Source of the DNA: Sphaerodactylus townsendi | Taxonomy: Eukaryota | Reading direction: 5' to 3' | DNA: 64,000 nt | Assembly (NCBI RefSeq): GCF_021028975.2 | Contig: NC_059430.1 | Span: 102,734,001-102,798,000 of the forward strand | Shown: positions 48,183 to 59,926 of the stretch, in pieces | Numbering within the stretch: the stretch's first letter is position 1 | Layout: each line of letters opens with the position of its first letter | Position numbers and translations under genes: made by a program | Notes under the pieces: generated by a model | Told to the model about the DNA's origin: nothing | Database searches by the model: none | What the model saw: only the letters and a program-made list of their open reading frames with translations

Positions 48183-50445
48183 AAGTAGGGAATGCAAGAG
48201 GACCTTCCTCACAAGAGTACTTTGACTGCACACTGTTAAGAATCTTTAAGTGCATAACATTTTATATATAAAACAATATATAAATGCAAAACATTTTATA
48301 TACAACAATAAATAGTATTGTTTGCAGGTTAAAGAAGAGTTTCCTGCCCAAGAACTTTTGCCCATTTTGGTCTTTTTGCCTGGTGAAGTTGAGACCAGAC
48401 CGGGCCTGCTTCTAATCCTCCAAGCTGCTCCTCTTATTTAACCCCTTATTTAACCAAGGCTTTGGGGTTCATAGGTCACCTAGAACTGATGGGAAAGGTT
48501 TTTGTTTGTTCATGGATTAACTTCCTCTCCTTTACATTCTGTCCATGCTCTGGGCAGCTCTTGGACATGGGTTCCTTAGAGCCAGTCTACTGCTCAATAG
48601 TCTCTGTAGCCTCCACCAGAAATGCACAAAACGATTCTTGTTTCTCCCTTGTTCTGTTGCAGTGAACACACATGCATATTGCCTACATCTGTTTGTAAGA
48701 AAAAGCCAATACACATTCACTTAGGAATAAAACTGAGGACCAATACCTGGATAAATGTGTGGTATGTATCACATATTCAGCTGTGCGTGTGTTGAGTTTA
48801 ACATGAAAATTACTCTCTGTAAAGAACAATTAAGTGTATACATTACGTGGCTTATGTTTGCATTCACTGTAACTTTCAGACAGGGCTATACTCTATGACA
48901 TTTGCTTCTTGGAGGCAAGGGCCCTTGGAATTGTAGTGCCCTTTCCAATTGTGCAAGCTGCTGTTGTGATTGGGGCAGCCACGTCTTCATACACTTGTTT
49001 CTTAATGTACAACATACTTAAAAACTGTCCAGTGCAGACTGGCATGGCACCATGGAGGCTTTCCAGATTGCTGTCTCTTTAAAATATGCTCCCATGTTTT
49101 AAGCGGCTTTCACTTCTCTGCTTATCTTAGTTATTTCTGTTGCTTGCATTCCTGAATTGATCCTCAATCATGAGTTCTCATTGGGCGGTGGGGAGGCGCT
49201 TTAATGAAAACTGTTCTTTTTGTAGTCAAAGAGTTTTAAAAATTAGTTTCCTTCTTTTGTAGTTGTAATTGCATGATTACAATAATGGTTTTTGGAACAA
49301 ACGAACACTCGTTTTGACTGCAGAAAAGAAAAGCAGCAATTCAAGCCCCTCTTCCCACGTACAACGTTGAAATGCACGGCCACCATGAGAAAGCAGTGGG
49401 AAGGGTTCCGGAGCAATCCTAAGCAGAATTACACCTGTCTAAGTCTCTTGACATCAGCGAGCTTTGAATGGCGCGAGTCGGCTTTGAACTGCACTGTTAA
49501 GCAGAGAACAAATATGACTGTAAAATGAAGCCCTTGGCACCAGCACCTTCCCTCTCTCACTGGCCCATTTTCTGTCCCTGGTAAGGGTGGAGGTACCAGC
49601 ACCATTCCTGACCACCTTGTTATGCACCTAGCTTCTTTTGTGACTGGCAGCAGCTCCACCACCACCATCCACCTTCTCCCCCCTTCCAATGACCAGGGGT
49701 CATTTAAATTCCTCCTGCAGCTTCCTTCTGCCCTGCTGCCTTTCCTCCCCTTTCTCTGCTGCCTCTGTCTTTCCCCCTTTCCTTATGTCTTTTCTTCCCC
49801 ACTGCCTCTCCCACTGCTGCCTTGCCTTCTTGCTCATGGGCACACACCGCTCTGGCTTACCCAGGAGTGGCACCTCTGCCACCCTCCCCACCACTTCCTC
49901 CCTTCACAACATTTGCAGTTACTGCTTCACTTTCTAGAGGTGGCAACAGTCCTGTGCCAACAATGTGCCAACAATGGTTTCTTCTTGCTGCCTCTGCCCG
50001 TGTCTGGGGTTGCTAAGCCACCTTCAAATCAGTGGCTAAGATCTCGCAATGTGCTATTTCAAGATCTGTTTCCTCCTTGGAGGTAAACATTTCTGTCACC
50101 TTTTTTTCATTTGCAGATTTTTGTGCAAGCTTGAAGGATGTCTTAGGTTTGTGGAAAAACCTCCCTTATTTGTACATGGCCCTAATCCGTGGATTTAATT
50201 ATTCATATTTAGGGCTGTATTCAGAATGAAATGATATCAAGTGACATAAGTGTCCAGCATTCTAGCAATGTAATCCTATGCAGAGCAGCTCTAGACTATA
50301 TCTGTTGAATTCAATGGTCTTAGACTGGAGTAAATTCACAGGATTGTACCATCTTTCTACTTGCTGATGGTTGCAGTAGAGAGGAATGACAGAGCAGTGC
50401 AAAAGGCTCCTAGCCAAGAAGTAACAGCAGCACTAAAGGTGTGAG

Positions 50446-50835
50446 CAGTGGCGTACGAGGTCCAAATGGCGCCAGGAGACAAAAAATCCTCCGGGTGCCC
50501 CCCCCCCCCCCCGAGTCTCCCACCTCTACTCACACAGGATGCTTTCCTCTCGATCAAAGCCTTACTCATTCTTCATTTCTTTCCTTTCCCCATAGGCTCT
50601 GAGGCTCGGCTTCAGGGAAGTTGCCTCTCGGGCAGCCTGTCTCCATGACTTTCTTAAAAGGGCAATGCTCCAAAGGTTGCTTAAGCCGAGCCTCAGAGCC
50701 TGTGGAAAAAGGAAAGGGTGGCGGTGGCGCAGCGGCAGGTGGGTGGGGGGATGGGCAGGAGCCTGCTGGGCGCCCCCACAGGCGTGCACCCGGCATCATG
50801 GATGGCCCCATGTCTCCATAGGTGGTACGCCACTG
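50446..50835. mobile_element. hAT (Tip100-like) MITE
   Basis: TIR CAGTGGCGTAC with perfect TSD GGTGTGAG and an internal inverted repeat. Confidence 0.88.
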
Positions 50836-51047
50836 GGTGTGAGAAGGGTTATGGGAACACCGGTATGTCCTTGTTTCAATCAGTTAAGCAGTTAAGTGTA
50901 GACTGAATCTTTCCTCAACTGAATCTTGGAGAAAGCAGAGGCACCTGGCAGTACTTCCTTCATGGAGAAGAGGACTACGGTCGCAAGCAGGAACAGAATT
51001 GGATCAAGCCCCCTTGCGCCTCCAAAGCCAGCAAGGTGCCACAACCT

Positions 51048-51548
51048 TCAGAAGTTGCTCAGATCTTCATTCCCATTAATCTTTAGACCCTGCAGCAATG
51101 GGAACTCCACCAGGGCCCCATCCAGGAAGACAGCATCTTCTTGGAAACTGCAGCTGTGCACTCTTGCTGGCTGCTCGCCATGAAACCACAGGTTCTCATA
51201 GAGCTCTGGGCTGGGCGTCACGTCACCCAGAAGTGGCTGTGTGGAGTTGGAGCGCAAGTAGAGAGAGGACGGTGCCTCCTCCTGCCTGTGGTAGCTGTCC
51301 AAGAACACCCTGGCATACTGGACAGACTCTGAGCCATTCATGCGAGAAGCTGGCTTGGGGGTGCCAGATGGTAAAGCAGCATTGGCGTTAGAAGCATCCG
51401 ACCACGGCCCATCTGACAGGGGCACGGGAGGGTCACTCTTCTCACTCTTCTCAGCGGAAAGGCATTTCTTCTTATCCTTTTCAAGCACTAAGATAGCAGG
51501 AATGATGATGGAACCAAGTTCCCCTAACCTGTTATCTAGGAGGGCCTC
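51048..51548 (-). CDS. CSF3R: CSF3R last exon (cytoplasmic tail, 501 nt incl. TGA)
   Basis: Box2-like ILVLEKD, then YLRSNSTQPLLGDVTPSPELYENLWF and FPLLQGL, all G-CSFR signatures. Confidence 0.93.
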   Translation of the reverse strand, partial: EALLDNRLGELGSIIIPAILVLEKDKKKCLSAEKSEKSDPPVPLSDGPWSDASNANAALPSGTPKPASRMNGSESVQYARVFLDSYHRQEEAPSSLYLRSNSTQPLLGDVTPSPELYENLWFHGEQPARVHSCSFQEDAVFLDGALVEFPLLQGLKINGNEDLSNF

Positions 51549-52362
51549 CTAGGGAGCAATTGGAAAGAAATGGAATGGTTAAAGCAAGCAGCCCAGAGCT
51601 TAACATGTAGCACAGAATTGCCTGCTAAGGTCACAGCATCTAAGCAGCATCTTGCCTGAGATCAGAGCTCAGGTTCCTTAGGCAGAGGTCCACGCCAGGT
51701 CTGATGGGGACTCCATCCCGTGTAAATAAGCCAAATTGTGCAGTGTTAGACTGCCTGGGAACGTGGAGGATTGGCACAACAGCTACTGGCAGACTTATAT
51801 CCCATCTATTCAACTGGACGAGCACAGCAAGAATTTCACATTGCAGGCCCATTCTCATCTATCTTCCTTGTGGGTAGTTGTTGGACTTTTGTGTCTCACT
51901 GCAGAGTCTCACCTGTGAGCTGACTGGGGAGGGGAGTGGTTACAGGTAGGTAACATGACAGTGCACATCAGTGTGGGTTTTGCACACTTTCCCAGCAGAG
52001 GCACTGAACTGTAGGCAAGAAGAACACTGAAATGGCAGCCTATTGATTTGAAAGGGAGCAGTAGCAGGAGCTGCCATTTGTTGTGTGTATGTTTTGTTAT
52101 CAAATCACAGTTGACTTATGGTGACCCCTGGTGGGGTTTTCAAGGCAAGGGCCATTGAGAGGTGGTTTGCCACTGCCTGCCTGGTATTTCTTGGAGGTCT
52201 CCATCCAACTACTCGCCAAGGTTGAGGCTGAGAGTGTGGGACTGGGCCAAAGTCAGCCAGCAAGTTTCAGTGGCAGATTGGGGATTCGAGCCAGGGTTTC
52301 CCAGATCCTACTCTGACACCTTAACCACAGAACCATGCTGGCTCTCAGGCCACCATCGTTAC

Positions 52363-52444
52363 CTCTTGTAGAACTGCTGGAGCCCATTTGCCTAGACTGC
52401 TGTTGGCTGGATCAGGGACGCTGGGCCAGAACTGCATCTTCATC
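52363..52444 (-). CDS. CSF3R: CSF3R Box1 exon (82 nt)
   Basis: MKMQFWPSVPDPANSSLGKWAPAVLQE. Confidence 0.95.
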
Positions 52445-53362
52445 CTGTGGGTCACAGAGGAGAGAAACATGCTGAGACTTGGGAGGGGAGACGGGTATCT
52501 GGCCTCTCCACAAAGAGGGCAGCTAAAGCCAGCTCACACACTGACCTTGTGGGTTTGCCTCACCAGAAGCTCAAAAGCTCCTGGCTATCCCGATGTTCTG
52601 TGAAACTAAGGCAGCAGCCCTTCACATCCCACTCTCCTTGCACTTTATCCCTTCTCAACTGCTGGTCCTTCTCCTGCGCCCATCTGTATCTTCTGCCAGG
52701 TTATATCTTCCCACCTTGGTCCAAAGCATCTTCCTCTGGACCAGTTTTTGCAGCAAGCCAAAGCATGCTCATCCTGCTATTCTGTAGTCCTCCAAAAGTC
52801 TCACAGCATCCTGGTTGCCCAAAGATGATAACCACATGCATCCCATGAGGACCAGGACTAGCTCTGGGTGCTGTGGAAAACCCAGGCCTCTTTCTTTCCT
52901 CAGTGGCCTTCTTGCTGTTCCTGCTTGGTGGAATGTGCTGATGAATCCCAGCTGACTTATAGCAACCCTCATGGGTTTTTCAAGGCAAGAGACGAATAGA
53001 CGTGGTTGGCCATTGCTTGCCTCTGCATAGCAACCCTAGATTTCCTTGGTGGACTCCTGTCTGAGTACTAACCAGGGCCACAACCTGCTTCGCTTCTGAA
53101 ATTTGATGTAACCAAGTCAGCATCAACCAAGTCAGGGCTTTCCTGCCTAAGATGCACTATTTCAGCATTAACAAAAACTGAGTCCAGTAGCCAACTTTTC
53201 TTCTGCTGCACTGAAGTTCCTCCTGGCTCATCCAGAAGACTCATATTCTGGTCCTTGCCCCAGGTACTCTTGGCAGGCATCCTCTTTCTCTCTTAGCTCT
53301 ATACAGCACAAAGCACTCAGATATTTAATCAAGTCTACCACCTAGCTCCTTCCCATTCTCAC

Positions 53363-53447
53363 CTTTTGCTGTTCTCAAAACAGATAACCAGGACAATCAG
53401 CATGACCAAGAGCAGACCGATAAGCAGGTACGCAAATGAGAAGTCAT
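53363..53447 (-). CDS. CSF3R: CSF3R transmembrane exon (85 nt)
   Basis: DDFSFAYLLIGLLLVMLIVLVICFENSKR, phase 1/2. Confidence 0.92.
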
Positions 53448-53622
53448 CTGGAATGGAGAGCAGAGAATTAGCAGGCAGGAAGAGCTGGGCATTTTGAACT
53501 GAGCCAGCTAACACATGCATCCCTTCCATTTCTTGAATGTAGCATCAAATGGGACATGGGCAAATCAATTATCACAGGCAGAACTTTTATGTCTCCAGAA
53601 ACTGAACCAATCAACTCAACCT

Positions 53623-53833
53623 NNNNNNNNNNNNNNNNNNNNNNNNNNNNNNNNNNNNNNNNNNNNNNNNNNNNNNNNNNNNNNNNNNNNNNNNNNNNNN
53701 NNNNNNNNNNNNNNNNNNNNNNNNNNNNNNNNNNNNNNNNNNNNNNNNNNNNNNNNNNNNNNNNNNNNNNNNNNNNNNNNNNNNNNNNNNNNNNNNNNNN
53801 NNNNNNNNNNNNNNNNNNNNNNNNNNNNNNNNN
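53623..53833. other. Assembly gap (211 N), intronic, next to a CCTA/CCCA microsatellite
   Basis: Run of N. Confidence 0.99.
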
Positions 53834-54562
53834 TACCTACCCACCTACCCACTTGACTTCCCCCGTATTTTATATTAGAACTGAATACTGCAGTGTTAAC
53901 ATTTTAAAAATTGAAATATACACACTCCCTCTCCTAAAGACTGGATTTATTTGCAGAGCACTGCTCTTCTTCTGCAAATCAGGCCTTTCTGTTTCAGACC
54001 TAAAAGTACTGGATGCCAGGAAAAACAAAAACAAACAAACAAACACTGGCAAGTTCTGGAAAGTCACGGATACTAAGGTCCAAGCTACATGCTGTGATTT
54101 TCAACATGGTGTATCAGAATTATCCAACCTAATTTTGAATGAGTCAGTCAGTCATGCATTAACTGAGAGTTCTCCACTGGGAACCCATTTCACAAGCACG
54201 TGGACCCCTGATTCGGATTTGGATTGTGGTGTGTGGGGAGGAAAGGGCTCCAGCCTTCCCTCCTGTGCTGATTTCCTGACCCAAAAATATCCCTGAGGGT
54301 GCTGTTTGTCTTGTTGAGGAGGGGGGTTGCAGAAGTAGCCCCTCAGTGCACATGCAGCACGTTTTCCTTGTGAACCATGGTTCTGATATGAATTGAGGCC
54401 CCACATACTTGGACAACGGGACTGGCTTATGACTGATTGAAAGCTAGCTAAGGAAGCCAGGCGCACTGCTCCAAAACACACAGCTTGAGCCTAGTTAATG
54501 GATCTCTCTCTTTTCGTGGCTTTCACCCCAAGCACCAGTTCCTCTTCCAGGGCTCTCCTTAC

Positions 54563-54703
54563 CTGTTCCTTTGGTGTAGAGCATCAGGCTGGTTCCATTG
54601 GTGCTCCCAGCCACAGTGGAGGCCATGATGTGCACTTTGTACATAGTCATAGGCTTGAGATCTGTGATGGTGAATGAGTTCACAGAGGAGTTCACAACAG
54701 CAC
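54563..54703 (-). CDS. CSF3R: CSF3R membrane-proximal FNIII exon (141 nt)
   Basis: AVVNSSVNSFTITDLKPMTMYKVHIMASTVAGSTNGTSLMLYTKGT. Confidence 0.94.
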
Positions 54704-54830
54704 CTAGGAAGGAAGGCAGCCACTCTTAGCCAAGCCAGCATGGAAGGAAACAACAGGCCACAGGGGGAGCAAAGAAGGAGCTGGAGCCAGACTGCCAGTG
54801 GGAGGGGCTTGGCATCCAGCATCCAGTAGA

Positions 54831-55045
54831 TGCATTGTTGAAGGCTTTCACAGCTGGCATCAATGGGGTGCTGTGTGGTTTCCGGGCTGTATGGCCGTGT
54901 TCTAGCAGCATTCTCTCCTGACGTTTCACCTGCATCTGTGGCTCATCAGATCCTCTGAAGATGCCAGCCACAGATGCTGGCGAAACGTCAGGAGAGAATG
55001 CTGCTAGAACACGGCCATACAGCCCGGAAACCACACAGCACCCCA
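54831..55045. mobile_element. Young palindromic Penelope-like family A insertion
   Basis: 10-bp TSD ATCCAGTAGA and near-perfect inverted arms. Confidence 0.85.
54951..54993 (+). ncRNA. Minimal type I hammerhead ribozyme motif
   Basis: TCCT-CTGAAGA-T-GCCAGC-cacagat-GCTGGC-GAAA-C-GTC-AGGA: stem I TCCT/AGGA, 6-bp stem II, palindromic ACGT helix III, GUC cleavage triplet. Expression and activity are unknown. Confidence 0.7.
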
Positions 55046-55152
55046 ATCCAGTAGAGGGTTTATTTCTCTCCTAAAGGTGGAGACAAACAAGGATTCAGGC
55101 GGCACTTGAACACACAACTTATGGACAGATGTCGGGAAAGAAAACATGGAAC

Positions 55153-58100
55153 CTTCTGGAACCAGCAGAGAGGAGTAGCAGCAGAAGAGACTTGGCCAGG
55201 AAGAGCAGAGTGACCTGCTGGTGTTCATTTTGGAGGGCTTTTCTCAAAGCCACAGCTTTTAAAACAGTGTTATTTTAACAGGGGTTATCTCTTTTTCTCC
55301 TTGTAAGGCTGCTGAATCTGGAAGGTGGGGCTTAACAGGGGTTAACAGAGTTCATCTCTTGTTCCTCTTTGTCCTAAGAGGTGGGGTTTTTGTCCCTGAG
55401 GAGGTGGGGCTTTAATCTCCAGTCTCTAGGAACCAGCATGAGAGGAGCAGCAGCAGAAGAGACTTGGCACAGGAGAAGGAGCAGAGTGACCTAAGCTGGC
55501 GGTAACAAGCGCTGCTAATTTTAATTTCTAACTTTTTTTTTTCTAAATTAATAAGGACATATTTGACAGATAGTACGTGCAGATAGCTCCAGGGGCAGTG
55601 ACTAAAAGCTTAATATCTAAATATCTAAACAAATCCAGATACATGAAGGCAGAAAGCCAGCAGGGGATGGGGGAGCTTTCCAGTGTTTTGCTCCTTGAGT
55701 GTCCCAAGGATGTATGATTATCTGCCACTAGGACAGAAGTCGTGGGTGTGCCCTCGCTGCAATGAGCTCTCCCTGGCACTCAAGGAACATTAATGCGTTC
55801 TCTTGAAGCCAAGAGTGGCAAAACCTGGAGAAGCTGAAAGAGGGAGGAGAGGGTGACAGACGAGGCTCAGGGGACCCTAGCAGCCGGGTCCCCACTCCCA
55901 AGGTGACATCTCTTCAGATGTCATGGAGAATGAAGACCTTGGGGATGGGAGGGGTGCCAGTCTGAGGTGGGGAAGATGCTCCCTTTAAGATGGGATCCCC
56001 TTCCTTAACTGGTTGATCAGCTATCCTCTAGCGACTGGAGGATAACTCCCCTTTGGGAGAAGTGGGGCTCCTTGTGGTGGGTGATTCGATCATTAGAAAT
56101 GTAGAGAGTTGGGTTTGTGAGAGGCGTGATGACCGCATGGTGACTTGCCTGCCTGGTCGCGAAGGTTCACCCGGATGTCAACGCTTCGTCTAGATAGGCT
56201 TTTAGACAGTGCTGGGGTGGAGTCAGCAGTTGTAGGTCCACATTGGCACCAACGACATTGGGAAATGTACCCGGGAGGTTCTGTACGCTAAGAATTTAGG
56301 GCTGCTAGGGAAACAGGTTGAAGTCCAGGACCTCCAAGCGGTGGCATTCTCAGAAATGCTACCCGTTCCATGGCGCAAGAGGTGAGCTAGGCAATGCTGG
56401 AGATACAGGGTCTCAATGGAAGTGGATGAGAAGGTGGGTGTAAGGCAGAGGGTTTCTAGATTTGTCAGGAACTGGGGACCTTTTGGGACAAGGTAGGCCC
56501 TGTACAAATGGGATGGAGCTTCATCTTAACCAAAGAGGAACCAGGCTGCTGGCGCTTCCAACATGTAATTAAAAAAAGGTGGCAGAACTTAGCTTTTAAA
56601 CTGGGATCACTGGGGGAAAGCCGACAGGAGCTGAGGTGACTTTGGTCTTCGGAATACAGTATCTATGGGGATGCAGACAGAGAGAGGAGGTTTTTCCTAA
56701 ATCAACCACATACAAGTTTAGGGAACATAGCAATGTGCAGTATGTGACAAGGGATAAGATGTCTACAAAAAGACTTGAGGGTAAAAGCACATAGAAATCC
56801 CAGGTTAAGGAACCCAGGAGGACAGGGTATACAGGTGTCTCTATGCTAATAAGTAGAAGCATTCCTCGAACGTAAAATGGGGAGCTAGAGTACAGAGTTT
56901 TGAAGGAGGACTTTGATATAGTGGGCATTACATGAGACATGGTGGAATGAGGGAGAACCAGTGGGATGCTGTTCATACCAGGCTACAGGCTCTATAGGAA
57001 GGATGGGACAGGAAGCATTGGGAGTTGGAGTTGCCCTTTACATCCAAAGAGAAACGACATAGTATCACATAAAATAGACAATGCAAGGGGAGCTGGTTCC
57101 CCTACAGAATCACTATGGATATATCAATACCAGGTGTGAAGGACAGTTTAATATTAGGAATATATTATAAGTCCCCAGACCAAAGTGCACAAGAGGATTC
57201 TGAGATGGAAAAAAAAAAAAAAAAAAATTAGAGAGGCCAACAAAGAAACAAAATGCTATGTAGTGGTAATGGAGGTGATTTTAACTATCCCCATATAAAC
57301 TGGAAAAATGCATGTTCAAGGTCATAGTATGGAGAGAGCATTCCTGGATATGCTAAATGACTGTGGCTTAGAAGCGGATGGATTTGTGGAACCAACCAGG
57401 GGAGAGGTGATCCTAGATCTAATTCTATATGGGACCCAGGACCTGGTGCAGGAGATCAGTGTTGTTGAGCCAATGGGGAACAAACCACAATGCTGTCAGA
57501 TTCAGTATCTCAGCATGCAGTCTCAAGTGGCAACTACTAAGAAATGTAGTTACATTAAGCCTTCCAGAAAGGGAAATTTCTCAAAGATGATGGGGGGATA
57601 GTGCGCATGAGAGCTGAAAAGGAAAATCAAAGGAGAGTCAAAACTGTCCAGGATGCTTGGAGGTTATTTAAAAACACAGTAATAAAAGCTCAGCTGGAAT
57701 GTGTTCCCTGGGTTAGAAAAGGCAGCACCCAGTCCAAAAGAAAGCCACCATATGGATTTAACAAGAGAGGTTGAGGAAATTATCAGAGAAAAGAAAATGT
57801 CTTTTAGAAAATGGAAGTCCAGTTTGGCTGATAGAAGAATATGAGAGGGGCACAAATGGTGTAAAGAGAAGCAAGTTAGCTGTAAGGGAGGCAAAAAAAG
57901 GATTATGAGGGCAGCATGGCTATGAACATCAAGACCAGCAACAAACAGTTCTTCAAGTACATCAATGGGAGGAAGCCAGCAAGAGAAGCGGTAGGCCCAT
58001 TAGATGACAAAGGAGGAGACAAAGGGTGTGCTAAAAGATGTAGAGTGCAGAGAAGCTGAATGAATTCTTTGCATCTGTCTTCGCAAAGAGGGAGGTGAGG

Positions 58101-59926
58101 AACGATTCCTGCACCTGAACCAAGCTTCTTAGGAGGCGAATCAGAGGAACTAGCGAAGATAGTGGTAGACAAAGGGAAAGAAGTTCTGGCAGCCATTGAT
58201 AAACTAAATGTTACCAAATCCCCTGGCCCAGATTGCATTCACCCAAGAGTTCTTAAAGAGCTCAAGCATGAAATTGCTGATCTTCTCAACTTTAATATGC
58301 AACTTATCCCTGAAATCAGGCTCCATCCCTGAGAGACTGGAAGATGGCCAATGTCACACCAATCTTTAAGAAAGGATCTAGGGGGGACCCGGGAAATTAG
58401 AGGCCAGTCAGTTTGACACATCTGTTCCCTGAGTAAATTAGTAGAATCTATCATTAAAAGATAACATTATATAAGACATGTAGAAAAGCAAGACCTGCTG
58501 AGAAAGAGTCAGCATGGCTTTTACAGAGAGCAAATCCTGTCTTACAAGAGCTTACTAGAGTTCTTTGAGGGTGTAAAACAGGCATGTGGACGAGGGTGAA
58601 CCCGGTGGACATTGTCTACTTGGATTTCCAAAAGGCTTTTGACAAAGTTCCTCACCAGAGACTGTTGAGAAAACTCAGCAATGAAGGGAATAAGAGGGGA
58701 AGTCCTCCCTATGGATTAAAAACTGGTTGAGAAACAGGAAACAAAGGAGTGGAGTGTAAATGGGAAGTTCTGTGTGGAGATGCTCCGGGAGTGGTGTCCC
58801 CCAAGGATCCCGTTTGGGACCAGTGCTCTTTAACCTATTCATAAATGACCACAAAGGAGGGGTGCAGGTAGCAGTGGTGGCCAGAGTTTGCAGATGATAC
58901 CAAATTATGTAGGGTGGGTGAGAGACTTCACAAAGGGATTGCTTGAGCTCCATGAGGATATGATAAATTAGGTGAGTGGGCTCAGAGAGGCCATGAAGTA
59001 CAGTTCAATGTAGCAAAATGTAAAGTGATGCACATAGGGGCAAAAAATCCAAACTTCACATACACGCTACAGGGGTCAGTGCTATCAGTCACAGACCAGG
59101 AAAGGGATTTAGGAGTCTTAGTGGATAGTTCCATGGGAATGTCAACTCAATGCATGGCAGCTGTGAAAAAGGCAAACTCTATGCACAGGGATCATTAGAA
59201 AGAGGAATTGATAATAAAACTGCAAAGATTGTCATGCCCTTATATAAAGCAGTGGAGTGCGACCCCACTTACAGGTACTGTGTCCAGTTCTGGTCACTTG
59301 CATCTCAAAAAGGATATTGAGGGAGATAGAAAAAGGGCAGAGAGAAAGGGCAACAAGGATGATTAGGGGACTAGAGCACCTTCCATTATGAGGAGAGAAC
59401 TGCAGCGTTTGGGACTCTTTAGTTTGGAGAGGATGCGGCTGAGGGGGGATATGATTGAAGTCTACAAAATTATGCATGGGGTAGAAAATGTTGACAGAGA
59501 GACATTTTTCTCTCTTTCTCACAATACTAGAACCAGGGGACATTCATTGAAAATGCTGGGGGGAAGAAGTGGGACTAATAAAAGGAAACACTTCTTCATA
59601 GCGTGTGATTGAATTGTTTGGAATATGCACTACACTTGGGGGGGGGTGGTGATGGCCACTAACCTGGATAGCTTTAAAAGGGGCTTGGACAGATTTATGG
59701 AGGAGAAGTTGATTTATGGCTACCAATCTTGATCCTCTTTGATCTGAGATTGCAAATGCCTTAACAGACCAAGGTGATAAAAGGGTGTGGCCATGAAGGC
59801 CATTGCGTTCACATCCTACATGTGAGCTCCCAAAGGCACCTGGTGGGCCACTGCGAGTAGCAGAGAGCTGGACTAGATGGACTTTGGTCTGATCCAGCTG
59901 GCTTGTTCTTATGTTCTTATGTTCTT
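55153..59926 (+). mobile_element. Near full-length CR1 LINE (frameshifted), antisense within a CSF3R intron
   Basis: Repeated 5' UTR. ORF1 from ~55643 has a CxxC...CPRC finger and esterase LVVGDSIIRNV. ORF2 has endonuclease (CLYAN, GDFNYP) and RT (LDFQKAFDKVPH, GVPQGS, FADD ~58888) motifs. (TTCTTATG)3 tail and candidate TSD ATGGAAC. Confidence 0.93.

Noticed and set aside
49622-50086. ORFs in a pyrimidine-rich tract
   Set aside because: Low complexity, with no recognisable homology or splice context.
53515-54296. ORFs spanning X runs
   Set aside because: Artefacts of the N gap.
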